Positions 13,101-28,100 of a DNA stretch of 64,000 nucleotides are shown here, piece after piece. Under the pieces are notes generated by a model. That model was not told the DNA's origin. It saw only the letters and a program-made list of their open reading frames with translations, and made no database searches. The translations under genes were made by a program, and so were the position numbers. The stretch's first letter is position 1; the number at the start of each line of letters is the position of its first letter. This DNA is from Auanema rhodensis (lineage: Eukaryota; Animalia; Nematoda). The stretch spans positions 5,704,001-5,768,000 of the forward strand of contig OZ059897.1 in the NCBI GenBank assembly GCA_964057225.1, written 5' to 3'.

Positions 13101-16100
13101 GTGAGAAAGACGGACATTCACTGAACACAACGTGCCTACAGCCTGAACTATTTTGTGAACAAATCTTGTGGATGGGGTCGATATAAACCGTTTTTCCGGA
13201 ACCTCGAAACGTTTTACCGAAATCTCACCAAGAATTTCAGAATCTACACATCTGAATACCTAACCTCAGATTATTTTTATTTGATTTTATTTAATGATCT
13301 GTGAGAAAGACGGACATTCACTGAACACAACGTGCCTACAGCCTGAACTATTTTGTGAACAAATCTTGTGGATGGGGTCGATATAAACCGTTTTTCCGGA
13401 ACCTCGAAACGTTTTACCGAAATCTCACCAAGGAGTCAGAATCTACACATCTGAATACCTAACCTCAGATTATTTTTATTTGATTTTAGTTAATGATCTG
13501 TGAGAAAGACGGACATTCACTGAACACAACGTGCCTACAGCCTGAACTATTTTGTGAACAAATCTTGTGGATGGGGTCGATATAAACCGTTTTTCCGGAA
13601 CCTGGAAACGTTTGACCGAAATCTCACCAAGAATTTCAGAATCTACACATTTGAATACCTAACCTCAGATTATTTTTATTTGATTTTAGTTAATGATCTG
13701 TGAGAAATACGGACATTCACTGAACACAACGTGCCTACAGCCTGAACTATTTTGTGAACAAATCTTGTGAATGAGGTCGATATAAACCGTTTTTCCGGAA
13801 CCTCGAAACGTTTTACCGAAATCTCACCAAGAATTTCAGAATCTACACATCTGAATACCTAACCTCTGATTATTTTTATTTGATTTTAGTTAATGATCTG
13901 TGAGAAAGACGGACATTCACTGAACACAACGTGCCTACAGCCTGAACTATTTTGTGAACAAATCTTGTGAATGAGGTCGATATAAACCGTTTTTCCGGAA
14001 CCTGGAAACGTTTTACCGAAATCTCACCAAGGAGTCAGAATCTACACATCTGAATACCAAACCTCAGATTATTTTTATTTGATTTTAGTTAATGATCTGT
14101 GAGAAAGACGGACATTCACTGAACACAACGTGCCTACAGCCTGAACTATTTTGTGAACAAATCTTGTGAATGAGGTCGATATAAACCGTTTTTCCGGAAC
14201 CTGGAAACGTTTTACCGAAATCTCACCAAGGAGTCAGAATCTACACATCTGAATACCAAACCTCAGATTATTTTTATTTGATTTTAGTTAATGATCTGTG
14301 AGAAAGACGGACATTCACTGAACACAACGTGCCTACAGCCTGAACTATTTTGTGAACAAATCTTGTGAATGAGGTCGATATAAACCGTTTTTCCGGAACC
14401 TGGAAACGTTTGACCGAAATCTCACCAAGAATTTCAGAATCTACACATCTGAATACCTAACCTCAGATTACTTTTATTTGATTTTAGTTAATGATCTGTG
14501 AGAAAGACGGACATTCACTGAACACAACGTGCCTACAGCCTGAACTATTTTGTGAACAAATCTTGTGAATGGGGTCGATATAAACCGTTTTTCCGGAACC
14601 TGGAAACGTTTTACCGAAATCTCACCAAGAATTTCAGAATCTACACATCTGAATACCAAACCTCAGATTATTTTTATTTGATTTTAGTTAATGATCTGTG
14701 AGAAAGACGGACATTCACTGAACACAACGTGCCTACAGCCTGAACTATTTTGTGAACAAATCTTGTGAATGAGGTCGATATAAACCGTTTTTCCGGAACC
14801 TGGAAACGTTTTACCGAAATCTCACCAAGAATTTCAGAATCTACACATCTGAATACCAAACCTCAGATTATTTTTATTTGATTTTACTTAATGATCTGTG
14901 AGAAAGACGGACATTCACTGAACACAACGTGCCTACAGCCTGAACTATTTTGTGAACAAATCTTGTGGATGGGGTCGATATAAACCGTTTTTCCGGAACC
15001 TGGAAACGTTTTACCGAAATCTCACCAAGAATTTCAGAATCTACACATCTGAATACCAAACCTCAGATTATTTTTGTTTGATTTTAGTTAATGATCTGTG
15101 AGAAAGACGGACATTCACTGAACACAACGTGCCTACAGCCTGAACTATTTTGTGAACAAATCTTGTGGATGGGGTCGATATAAACCGTTTTTCCGGAACC
15201 TCGAAACGTTTTACCGAAATCTCACCAAGAATTTCAGAATCTACACATCTGAATACCTAACCTCTTATTATTTTTATTTGATTTTAGTTAATGATCTGTG
15301 AGAAAGACGGACATTCACTGAACACAACGTGCCTACAGCCTGAACTATTTTGTGAACAAATCTTGTGGATGGGGTCGATATAAACCGTTTTTCCGGAACC
15401 TCGAAACGTTTTACCGAAATCTCACCAAGAATTTCAGAATCTACACATCTGAATACCTAACCTCTTATTATTTTTATTTGATTTTAGTTAATGATCTGTG
15501 AGAAAGACGGACATTCACTGAACACAACGTGCCTACAGCCTGAACTATTTTGTGAACAAATCTTGTGAATGGGGTCGATATAAACCGTTTTTCCGGAACC
15601 TGGAAACGTTTTACCGAAATCTCACCAAGAATTTCAGAATCTACACATCTGAATACTTAACCTCAGATTATTTTTATTTGATTTTAGTTAATGATCTGTG
15701 AGAAAGACGGACATTCACTGAACACAACGTGCCTACAGCCTGAACTATTTTGTGAACAAATCTTGTGAATGGGGTCGATATAAACCGTTTTTCCGGAACC
15801 TGGAAACGTTTTACCGAAATCTCACCAAGAATTTCAGAATCTACACATCTGAATACTTAACCTCAGATTATTTTTATTTGATTTTAGTTAATGATCTGTG
15901 AGAAAGACGGACATTCACTGAACACAACGTGCCTACAGCCTGAACTATTTTGTGAACAAATCTTGTGAATGGGGTCGATATAAACCGTTTTTCCGGAACC
16001 TGGAAACGTTTTACCGAAATCTCACCAAGAATTTCAGAATCTACACATCTGAATACCAAACCTCAGATTATTTTTATTTGATTTTAGTTAATGATCTGTG

Positions 16101-19100
16101 AGAAAGACGGACATTCACTGAACACAACGTGCCTACAGCCTGAACTATTTTGTGAACAAATCTTGTGGATGGGGTCGATATAAACCGTTTTTCCGGAACC
16201 TGGAAACGTTTAACCGAAATCTCACCAAGAATTTCAGAATCTACACATCTGAATACCAAACCTCAGATTACTTTTATTTATTTTAGTTAATGATCTGTGA
16301 GAAAGACGGACATTCACTGAACACAACGTGCCTACAGCCTGAACTATTTTGTGAACAAATCTTGTGAATGGGGTCGATATAAACCGTTTTTCCGGAACCT
16401 GGAAACGTTTTACCGAAATCTCACCAAGAATTTCCGAATCTACACATCTGAATACTTAACCTCAGATTATTTTTATTTGATTTTAGTTAATGATCTGTGA
16501 GAAAGACGGACATTCACTGAACACAACGTGCCTACAGCCTGAACTATTTTGTGAACAAATCTTGTGGATGGGGTCGATATAAACCGTTTTTCCGGAACCT
16601 TGAAACGTTTTACCGAAATCTCACCAAGAATTTCAAAATCTACACATCTGAATACCTAACCTCTAATTATTTTTATTTGATTTTACTTAATGATCTGTGA
16701 GAAAGACGGACATTCACTGAACACAACGTGCCTACAGCCTGAACTATTTTGTGAACAAATCTTGTGAATGGGGTCGATATAAACCGTTTTTCCGGAACCT
16801 GGAAACGTTTAACCGAAATCTCACCAAGAATTTCAGAATCTACACATCTGAATACCAAACCTCAGATTATTTTTATTTGATTTTAGTTAGTGATCTGTGA
16901 GAAAGACGGACATTCACTGAACACAACGTGCCTACAGCCTGAACTATTTTGTGAACAAATCTTGTGGATGGGGTCGATATAAACCGTTTTTCCGGAACCT
17001 TGAAACGTTTTACCGAAATCTCACCAAGAATTTCAGAATCTACACATCTGAATACCAAACCTCAGATTATTTTTATTTGATTTTACTTAATGATCTGTGA
17101 GAAAGACGGACATTCACTGAACACAACGTGCCTACAGCCTGAACTATTTTGTGAACAAATCTTGTGGATGGGGTCGATATAAACCGTTTTTCCGGAACCT
17201 GGAAACGTTTTACCGAAATCTCACCAAGAATTTCAGAATCTACACATCTGAATACCAAACCTCAGATTATTTTTATTTGATTTTAGTTAATGATCTGTGA
17301 GAAAGACGGACATTCACTGAACACAACGTGCCTACAGCCTGAACTATTTTGTGAACAAATCTTGTGGATGGGGTCGATATAAACCGTTTTTCCGGAACCT
17401 CGAAACGTTTTACCGAAATCTCACCAAGAATTTCAGAATCTACACATCTGAATACCTAACCTCTTATTATTTTTATTTGATTTTAGTTAATGATCTGTGA
17501 GAAAGACGGACATTCACTGAACACAACGTGCCTACAGCCTGAACTATTTTGTGAACAAATCTTGTGGATGGGGTCGATATAAACCGTTTTTCCGGAACCT
17601 CGAAACGTTTTACCGAAATCTCACCAAGAATTTCAGAATCTACACATCTGAATACCTAACCTCTTATTATTTTTATTTGATTTTAGTTAATGATCTGTGA
17701 GAAAGACGGACATTCACTGAACACAACGTGCCTACAGCCTGAACTATTTTGTGAACAAATCTTGTGAATGGGGTCGATATAAACCGTTTTTCCGGAACCT
17801 GGAAACGTTTTACCGAAATCTCACCAAGAATTTCAGAATCTACACATCTGAATACTTAACCTCAGATTATTTTTATTTGATTTTAGTTAATGATCTGTGA
17901 GAAAGACGGACATTCACTGAACACAACGTGCCTACAGCCTGAACTATTTTGTGAACAAATCTTGTGAATGGGGTCGATATAAACCGTTTTTCCGGAACCT
18001 GGAAACGTTTTACCGAAATCTCACCAAGAATTTCAGAATCTACACATCTGAATACCAAACCTCAGATTATTTTTATTTGATTTTAGTTAATGATCTGTGA
18101 GAAAGACGGACATTCACTGAACACAACGTGCCTACAGCCTGAACTATTTTGTGAACAAATCTTGTGAATGGGGTCGATATAAACCGTTTTTCCGGAACCT
18201 GGAAACGTTTTACCGAAATCTCACCAAGAATTTCAGAATCTACACATCTGAATACCAAACCTCAGATTATTTTTATTTGATTTTAGTTAATGATCTGTGA
18301 GAAAGACGGACATTCACTGAACACAACGTGCCTACAGCCTGAACTATTTTGTGAACAAATCTTGTGAATGGGGTCGATATAAACCGTTTTTCCGGAACCT
18401 GGAAACGTTTTACCGAAATCTCACCAAGAATTTCAGAATCTACACATCTGAATACCAAACCTCAGATTATTTTTTATTGATTTTAGTTAATGATCTGTGA
18501 GAAAAACGGACATTCACTGAACACAACGTGCCTACAGCCTGAACTATTTTGTGAACAAATCTTGTGGATGGGGTCGATATAAACCGTTTTTCCGGAACCT
18601 CGAAACGTTTTACCGAAATCTCACCAAGAATTTCAGAATCTACACATCTGAATACCTAACCTCTGATTATTTTTATTTGATTTTAGTTAATGATCTGTGA
18701 GAAAGACGGACATTCACTGAACACAACGTGCCTACAGCCTGAACTATTTTGTGAACAAATCTTGTGAATGAGGTCGATATAAACCGTTTTTCCGGAACCT
18801 GGAAACGTTTTACCGAAATCTCACCAAGGAGTCAGAATCTACACATCTGAATACCAAACCTCAGATTATTTTTATTTGATTTTAGTTAATGATCTGTGAG
18901 AAAAACGGACATTCACTGAACACAACGTGACTACAGCCTGAACTATTTTGTGAACAAATCTTGTGAATGAGGTCGATATAAACCGTTTTTCCGGAACCTG
19001 GAAACGTTTTACCGAAATCTCACCAAGGAGTCAGAATCTACACATCTGAATACCAAACCTCAGATTACTTTTATTTATTTTAGTTAATGATCTGTGAGAA

Positions 19101-22100
19101 AGACGGACATTCACTGAACACAACGTGACTACAGCCTGAACTATTTTGTGAACAAATCTTGTGGATGGGGTCGATATAAACCGTTTTTCCGGAACCTGGA
19201 AACGTTTTACCGAAATCTTACCAAGAATTTCAGAATCTACACATCTGAATACCAAACCTCAGATTATTTTTATTTGATTTTAGTTAATGATCTGTGAGAA
19301 AAACGGACATTCACTGAACACAACGTGCCTACAGCCTGAACTATTTTGTGAACAAATCTTGTGAATGAGGTCGATATAAACCGTTTTTCCGGAACCTGGA
19401 AACGTTTTACCGAAATCTCACCAAGAATTTCAGAATCTACACATCTGAATACCTAACCTCAGATTATTTTTATTTGATTTTATTTAATGATCTGTGAGAA
19501 AGACGGACATTCACTGAACACAACGTGCCTACAGCCTGAACTATTTTGTGAACAAATCTTGTGGATGGGGTCGATATAAACCGTTTTTCCGGAACCTGGA
19601 AACGTTTTACCGAAATCTCACCAAGAATTTCAGAATCTACACATCTGAATACCTAACCTCTGATTATTTTTATTTGATTTTAGTTAATGATCTGTGAGAA
19701 AGACGGACATTCACTGAACACAACGTGCCTACAGCCTGAACTATTTTGTGAACAAATCTTGTGAATGAGGTCGATATAAACCGTTTTTCCGGAACCTGGA
19801 AACGTTTTACCGAAATCTCACCAAGGAGTCAGAATCTACACATCTGAATACCTAACCTCAGATTACTTTTATTTATTTTAGTTAATGATCTGTGAGAAAG
19901 ACGGACATTCACTGAACACAACGTGACTACAGCCTGAACTATTTTGTGAACAAATCTTGTGGATGGGGTCGATATAAACCGTTTTTCCGGAACCTGGAAA
20001 CGTTTTACCGAAATCTTACCAAGAATTTCAGAATCTACACATCTGAATACCTAACCTCTGATTATTTTTATTTGATTTTAGTTAATGATCTGTGAGAAAG
20101 ACGGACATTCACTGAACACAACGTGCCTACAGCCTGAACTATTTTGTGAACAAATCTTGTGAATGAGGTCGATATAAACCGTTTTTCCGGAACCTGGAAA
20201 CGTTTTACCGAAATCTCACCAAGGAGTCAGAATCTACACATCTGAATACCTAACCTCAGATTACTTTTATTTATTTTAGTTAATGATCTGTGAGAAAGAC
20301 GGACATTCACTGAACACAACGTGACTACAGCCTGAACTATTTTGTGAACAAATCTTGTGGATGGGGTCGATATAAACCGTTTTTCCGGAACCTGGAAACG
20401 TTTTACCGAAATCTTACCAAGAATTTCAGAATCTACACATCTGAATACCAAACCTCAGATTATTTTTATTTAATTTTAGTTAATGATCTGTGAGAAAAAC
20501 GGACATTCACTGAACACAACGTGCCTACAGCCTGAACTATTTTGTGAACAAATCTTGTGAATGAGGTCGATATAAACCGTTTTTCCGGAACCTGGAAACG
20601 TTTTACCGAAATCTCACCAAGGAGTCAGAATCTACACATCTGAATACCTAACCTCAGATTATTTTTATTTGATTTTAGTTAATGATCTGTGAGAAAGACG
20701 GACATTCACTGAACACAACGTGCCTACAGCCTGAACTATTTTGTGAACAAATCTTGTGAATGAGGTCGATATAAACCGTTTTTCCGGAACCTGGAAACGT
20801 TTTACCGAAATCTCACCAAGAATTTCAGAATCTACACATCTGAATACCAAACCTCAGATTATTTTTATTTGATTTTAGTTAATGATCTGTGAGAAAAACG
20901 GACATTCACTGAACACAACGTGCCTACAGCCTGAACTATTTTGTGAACAAATCTTGTGGATGGGGTCGATATAAACCGTTTTTCCGGAACCTGGAAACGT
21001 TTAACCGAAATCTCACCAAGAATTTCAGAATCTACACATCTGAATACCAAACCTCAGATTATTTTTATTTGATTTTAGTTAGTGATCTGTGAGAAAGACG
21101 GACATTCACTGAACACAACGTGCCTACAGCCTGAACTATTTTGTGAACAAATCTTGTGAATGGGGTCGATATAAACCGTTTTTCCGGAACCTGGAAACGT
21201 TTAACCGAAATCTCACCAAGAATTTCAGAATCTACAGATCTGAATACCAAACCTCAGATTATTTTTATTTGATTTTAGTTAATGATCTGTGAGAAAGACG
21301 GACATTCACTGAACACAACGTGCCTACAGCCTGAACTATTTTGTGAACAAATCTTGTGGATGGGGTCGATATAAACCGTTTTTCCGGAACCTCGAAACGT
21401 TTTACCGAAATCTCACCAAGAATTTCAGAATCTACACATCTGAATACCTAACCTCAGATTATTTTTATTTGATTTTAGTTAATGATCTGTGAGAAAGACG
21501 GACATTCACTGAACACAACGTGCCTACAGCCTGAACTATTTTGTGAACAAATCTTGTGAATGGGGTCGATATAAACCGTTTTTCCGGAACGTGGAAACGT
21601 TTTACCGAAATCTCACCAAGAATTTCAGAATCTACACATCTGAATACTTAACCTCAGATTATTTTTATTTGATTTTAGTTAATGATCTGTGAGAAAGACG
21701 GACATTCACTGAACACAACGTGCCTACAGCCTGAACTATTTTGTGAACAAATCTTGTGAATGGGGTCGATATAAACCGTTTTTCCGGAACGTGGAAACGT
21801 TTTACCGAAATCTCACCAAGAATTTCAGAATCTACACATCTGAATACCTAACCTCAGATTATTTTTATTTGATTTTAGTTAATGATCTGTGAGAAAGACG
21901 GACATTCACTGAACACAACGTGCCTACAGCCTGAACTATTTTGTGAACAAATCTTGTGGATGGGGTCGATATAAACCGTTTTTCCGGAACGTGGAAACGT
22001 TTTACCGAAATCTCACCAAGGAGTCAGAATCTACACATCTGAATACCTAACCTCAGATTACTTTTATTTGATTTTAGTTAATGATCTGTGAGAAAGACGG

Positions 22101-25100
22101 ACATTCACTGAACACAACGTGACTACAGCCTGAACTATTTTGTGAACAAATCTTGTGGATGGGGTCGATATAAACCGTTTTTCCGGAACCTGGAAACGTT
22201 TTACCGAAATCTCACCAAGAATTTCAGAATCTACACATCTGAATACTTAACCTCAGATTATTTTTATTTGATTTTAGTTAATGATCTGTGAGAAAGACGG
22301 ACATTCACTGAACACAACGTGCCTACAGCCTGAACTATTTTGTGAACAAATCTTGTGGATGGGGTCGATATAAACCGTTTTTCCGGAACGTGGAAACGTT
22401 TTACCGAAATCTCACCAAGGAGTCAGAATCTACACATCTGAATACCTAACCTCAGATTACTTTTATTTGATTTTAGTTAATGATCTGTGAGAAAGACGGA
22501 CATTCACTGAACACAACGTGCCTACAGCCTGAACTATTTTGTGAACAAATCTTGTGGATGGGGTCGATATAAACCGTTTTTCCGGAACGTGGAAACGTTT
22601 TACCGAAATCTCACCAAGGAGTCAGAATCTACACATCTGAATACCTAACCTCAGATTACTTTTATTTGATTTTAGTTAATGATCTGTGAGAAAGACGGAC
22701 ATTCACTGAACACAACGTGACTACAGCCTGAACTATTTTGTGAACAAATCTTGTGGATGGGGTCGATATAAACCGTTTTTCCGGAACCTGGAAACGTTTT
22801 ACCGAAATCTCACCAAGAATTTCAGAATCTACACATCTGAATACCTAACCTCAGATTATTTTTATTTGATTTTATTTAATGATCTGTGAGAAAGACGGAC
22901 ATTCACTGAACACAACGTGCCTACAGCCTGAACTATTTTGTGAACAAATCTTGTGGATGGGGTCGATATAAACCGTTTTTCCGGAACCTGGAAACGTTTT
23001 ACCGAAATCTCACCAAGAATTTCAGAATCTACACATCTGAATACCTAACCTCAGATTATTTTTATTTGATTTTAGTTAATGATCTGTGAGAAAGACGGAC
23101 ATTCACTGAACACAACGTGCCTACAGCCTGAACTATTTTGTGAACAAATCTTGTGGATGGGGTCGATATAAACCGTTTTTCCGGAACCTGCAAACGTTTT
23201 ACCGAAATCTCACCAAGAATTTCAGAATCTACACATCTGAATACCTAACCTCAGATTATCTTTATTTGATTTTAGTTAATGATCTGTGAGAAAGACGGAC
23301 ATTCACTGAACACAACGTGACTACAGCCTGAACTATTTTGTGAACAAATCTTGTGGATGGGGTCGATATAAACCGTTTTTCCGGAACCTGCAAACGTTTT
23401 ACCGAAATCTCACCAAGAATTTCAGAATCTACACATCTGAATACCTAACCTCAGATTATCTTTATTTGATTTTAGTTAATGATCTGTGAGAAAGACGGAC
23501 ATTCACTGAACACAACGTGCCTACAGCCTGAACTATTTTGTGAACAAATCTTGTGGATGGGGTCGATATAAACCGTTTTTCCGGAACCTGCAAACGTTTT
23601 ACCGAAATCTCACCAAGAATTTCAGAATCTACACATCTGAATACCTAACCTCAGATTATCTTTATTTGATTTTAGTTAATGATCTGTGAGAAAGACGGAC
23701 ATTCACTGAACACAACGTGACTACAGCCTGAACTATTTTGTGAACAAATCTTGTGGATGGGGTCGATATAAACCGTTTTTCCGGAACCTGGAAACGTTTT
23801 ACCGAAATCTCACCAAGAATTTCAGAATCTACACATCTGAATACTTAACCTCAGATTATTTTTATTTGATTTTAGTTAATGATCTGTGAGAAAGACGGAC
23901 ATTCACTGAACACAACGTGCCTACAGCCTGAACTATTTTGTGAACAAATCTTGTGGATGGGGTCGATATAAACCGTTTTTCCGGAACGTGGAAACGTTTT
24001 ACCGAAATCTCACCAAGGAGTCAGAATCTACACATCTGAATACCTAACCTCAGATTACTTTTATTTGATTTTAGTTAATGATCTGTGAGAAAGACGGACA
24101 TTCACTGAACACAACGTGACTACAGCCTGAACTATTTTGTGAACAAATCTTGTGGATGGGGTCGATATAAACCGTTTTTCCGGAACCTGGAAACGTTTTA
24201 CCGAAATCTCACCAAGAATTTCAGAATCTACACATCTGAATACCTAACCTCAGATTATTTTTATTTGATTTTATTTAATGATCTGTGAGAAAGACGGACA
24301 TTCACTGAACACAACGTGCCTACAGCCTGAACTATTTTGTGAACAAATCTTGTGGATGGGGTCGATATAAACCGTTTTTCCGGAACCTGGAAACGTTTTA
24401 CCGAAATCTCACCAAGAATTTCAGAATCTACACATCTGAATACCTAACCTCAGATTATTTTTATTTGATTTTAGTTAATGATCTGTGAGAAAGACGGACA
24501 TTCACTGAACACAACGTGCCTACAGCCTGAACTATTTTGTGAACAAATCTTGTGGATGGGGTCGATATAAACCGTTTTTCCGGAACCTGCAAACGTTTTA
24601 CCGAAATCTCACCAAGAATTTCAGAATCTACACATCTGAATACCTAACCTCAGATTATCTTTATTTGATTTTAGTTAATGATCTGTGAGAAAGACGGACA
24701 TTCACTGAACACAACGTGCCTACAGCCTGAACTATTTTGTGAACAAATCTTGTGGATGGGGTCGATATAAACCGTTTTTCCGGAACCTGGAAACGTTTTA
24801 CCGAAATCTCACCAAGAATTTCAGAATCTACACATCTGAATACCTAACCTCAGATTATTTTTATTTGATTTTAGTTAATGATCTGTGAGAAAGACGGACA
24901 TTCACTGAACACAACGTGACTACAGCCTGAACTATTTTGTGAACAAATCTTGTGGATGGGGTCGATATAAACCGTTTTTCCGGAACGTGGAAACGTTTTA
25001 CCGAAATCTCACCAAGAATTTCAGAATCTACACATCTGAATACCTAACCTCAGATTATTTTTATTTGATTTTAGTTAATGATCTGTGAGAAAGACGGACA

Positions 25101-28100
25101 TTCACTGAACACAACGTGCCTACAGCCTGAACTATTTTGTGAACAAATCTTGTGGATGGGGTCGATATAAACCGTTTTTCCGGAACGTGGAAACGTTTTA
25201 CCGAAATCTCACCAAGGAGTCAGAATCTACATATCTGAATACCTAACCTCAGATTACTTTTATTTGATTTTAGTTAATGATCTGTGAGAAAGACGGACAT
25301 TCACTGAACACAACGTGCCTACAGCCTGAACTATTTTGTGAACAAATCTTGTGGATGGGGTCGATATAAACCGTTTTTCCGGAACCTGGAAACGTTTTAC
25401 CGAAATCTCACCAAGAATTTCAGAATCTACACATCTGAATACCTAACCTCTGATTATTTTTATTTGATTTTAGTGAATGATCTGTGAGAAAGACGGACAT
25501 TGACTGAACACAACGTGCCTACAGCCTGAACTATTTTGTGAACAAATCTTGTGGATGGGGTCGATATAAACCGTTTTTCCGGAACGTGGAAACGTTTTAC
25601 CGAAATCTCACCAAGGAGTCAGAATCTACACATCTGAATACCTAACCTCAGATTATTTTTATTTGATTTTAGTTAATGATCTGTGAGAAAGACGGACATT
25701 CACTGAACACAACGTGCCTACAGCCTGAACTATTTTGTGAACAAATCTTGTGGATGGGGTCGATATAAACCGTTTTTCCGGAACCTGGAAACGTTTTACC
25801 GAAATCTCACCAAGAATTTCAGAATCTACACATCTGAATACCTAACCTCTGATTATTTTTATTTGATTTTAGTTAATGATCTGTGAGAAAGACGGACATT
25901 CACTGAACACAACGTGCCTACAGCCTGAACTATTTTGTGAACAAATCTTGTGGATGGGGTCGATATAAACCGTTTTTCCGGAACCTGGAAACGTTTTACC
26001 GAAATCTCACCAAGAATTTCAGAATCTACACATCTGAATACCTAACCTCTTATTATTTTTATTTGATTTTAGTTAATGATCTGTGAGAAAGACGGACATT
26101 CACTGAACACAACGTGCCTACAGCCTGAACTATTTTGTGAACAAATCTTGTGGATGGGGTCGATATAAACCGTTTTTCCGGAACCTGGAAACGTTTTACC
26201 GAAATCTCACCAAGAATTTCAGAATCTACACATCTGAATACCTAACCTCAGATTATTTTTATTTGATTTTATTTAATGATCTGTGAGAAAGACGGACATT
26301 CACTGAACACAACGTGCCTACAGCCTGAACTATTTTGTGAACAAATCTTGTGGATGGGGTCGATATAAACCGTTTTTCCGGAACCTGGAAACGTTTTACC
26401 GAAATCTCACCAAGAATTTCAGAATCTACACATCTGAATACCTAACCTCAGATTATTTTTATTTGATTTTAGTTAATGATCTGTGAGAAAGACGGACATT
26501 CACTGAACACAACGTGCCTACAGCCTGAACTATTTTGTGAACAAATCTTGTGGATGGGGTCGATATAAACCGTTTTTCCGGAACCTGCAAACGTTTTACC
26601 GAAATCTCACCAAGAATTTCAGAATCTACACATCTGAATACCTAACTTCAGATTATTTTTATTTGATTTTAGTTAATGATCTGTGAGAAAGACGGACATT
26701 CACTGAACACAACGTGCCTACAGCCTGAACTATTTTGTGAACAAATCTTGTGGATGGGGTCGATATAAACCGTTTTTCCGGAACCTGGAAACGTTTGACC
26801 GAAATCTCACCAAGAATTTCAGAATCTACACATCTGAATACCTAACCTCAGATTATTTTTATTTGATTTTAGTGAATGATCTGTGAGAAAGACGGACATT
26901 CACTGAACACAACGTGCCTACAGCCTGAACTATTTTGTGAACAAATCTTGTGGATGGGGTCGATATAAACCGTTTTTCCGGAACCTGGAAACGTTTTACC
27001 GAAATCTCACCAAGAATTTCAGAATCTACACATCTGAATACCTAACCTCAGATTATTTTTATTTGATTTTAGTTAATGATCTGTGAGAAAGACGGACATT
27101 CACTGAACACAACGTGCCTACAGCCTGAACTATTTTGTGAACAAATCTTGTGGATGGGGTCGATATAAACCGTTTTTCCGGAACCTGGAAACGTTTTACC
27201 GAAATCTCACCAAGAATTTCAGAATCTACACATCTGAATACCTAACCTCAGATTATTTTTATTTGATTTTAGTTAATGATCTGTGAGAAAGACGGACATT
27301 CACTGAACACAACGTGCCTACAGCCTGAACTATTTTGTGAACAAATCTTGTGGATGGGGTCGATATAAACCGTTTTTCCGGAACCTGGAAACGTTTGACC
27401 GAAATCTCACCAAGAATTTCAGAATCTACACATCTGAATACCTAACCTCAGATTATTTTTATTTGATTTTAGTGAATGATCTGTGAGAAAGACGGACATT
27501 CACTGAACACAACGTGCCTACAGCCTGAACTATTTTGTGAACAAATCTTGTGGATGGGGTCGATATAAACCGTTTTTCCGGAACCTGGAAACGTTTTACC
27601 GAAATCTCACCAAGAATTTCAGAATCTACACATCTGAATACCTAACCTCAGATTACTTTTATTTGATTTTAGTTAATGATCTGTGAGAAAGACGGACATT
27701 CACTGAACACAACGTGCCTACAGCCTGAACTATTTTGTGAACAAATCTTGTGGATGGGGTCGATATAAACCGTTTTTCCGGAACCTGGAAACGTTTTACC
27801 GAAATCTCACCAAGAATTTCAGAATCTACACATCTGAATACCTAACCTCAGATTATTTTTATTTGATTTTAGTTAATGATCTGTGAGAAAGACGGACATT
27901 CACTGAACACAACGTGCCTACAGCCTGAACTATTTTGTGAACAAATCTTGTGGATGGGGTCGATATAAACCGTTTTTCCGGAACCTGGAAACGTTTGACC
28001 GAAATCTCACCAAGAATTTCAGAATCTACACATCTGAATACCTAACCTCAGATTATTTTTATTTGATTTTAGTGAATGATCTGTGAGAAAGACGGACATT

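Noticed and set aside
10479-21250. Repeated 61/74-aa minus-strand ORFs (MVFRCVDSEILGE...)
   Set aside because: They are satellite monomers. They appear only where the CCAAACC variant turns a TAG into a TTG pseudo-start; there is no ATG and no recognisable domain.
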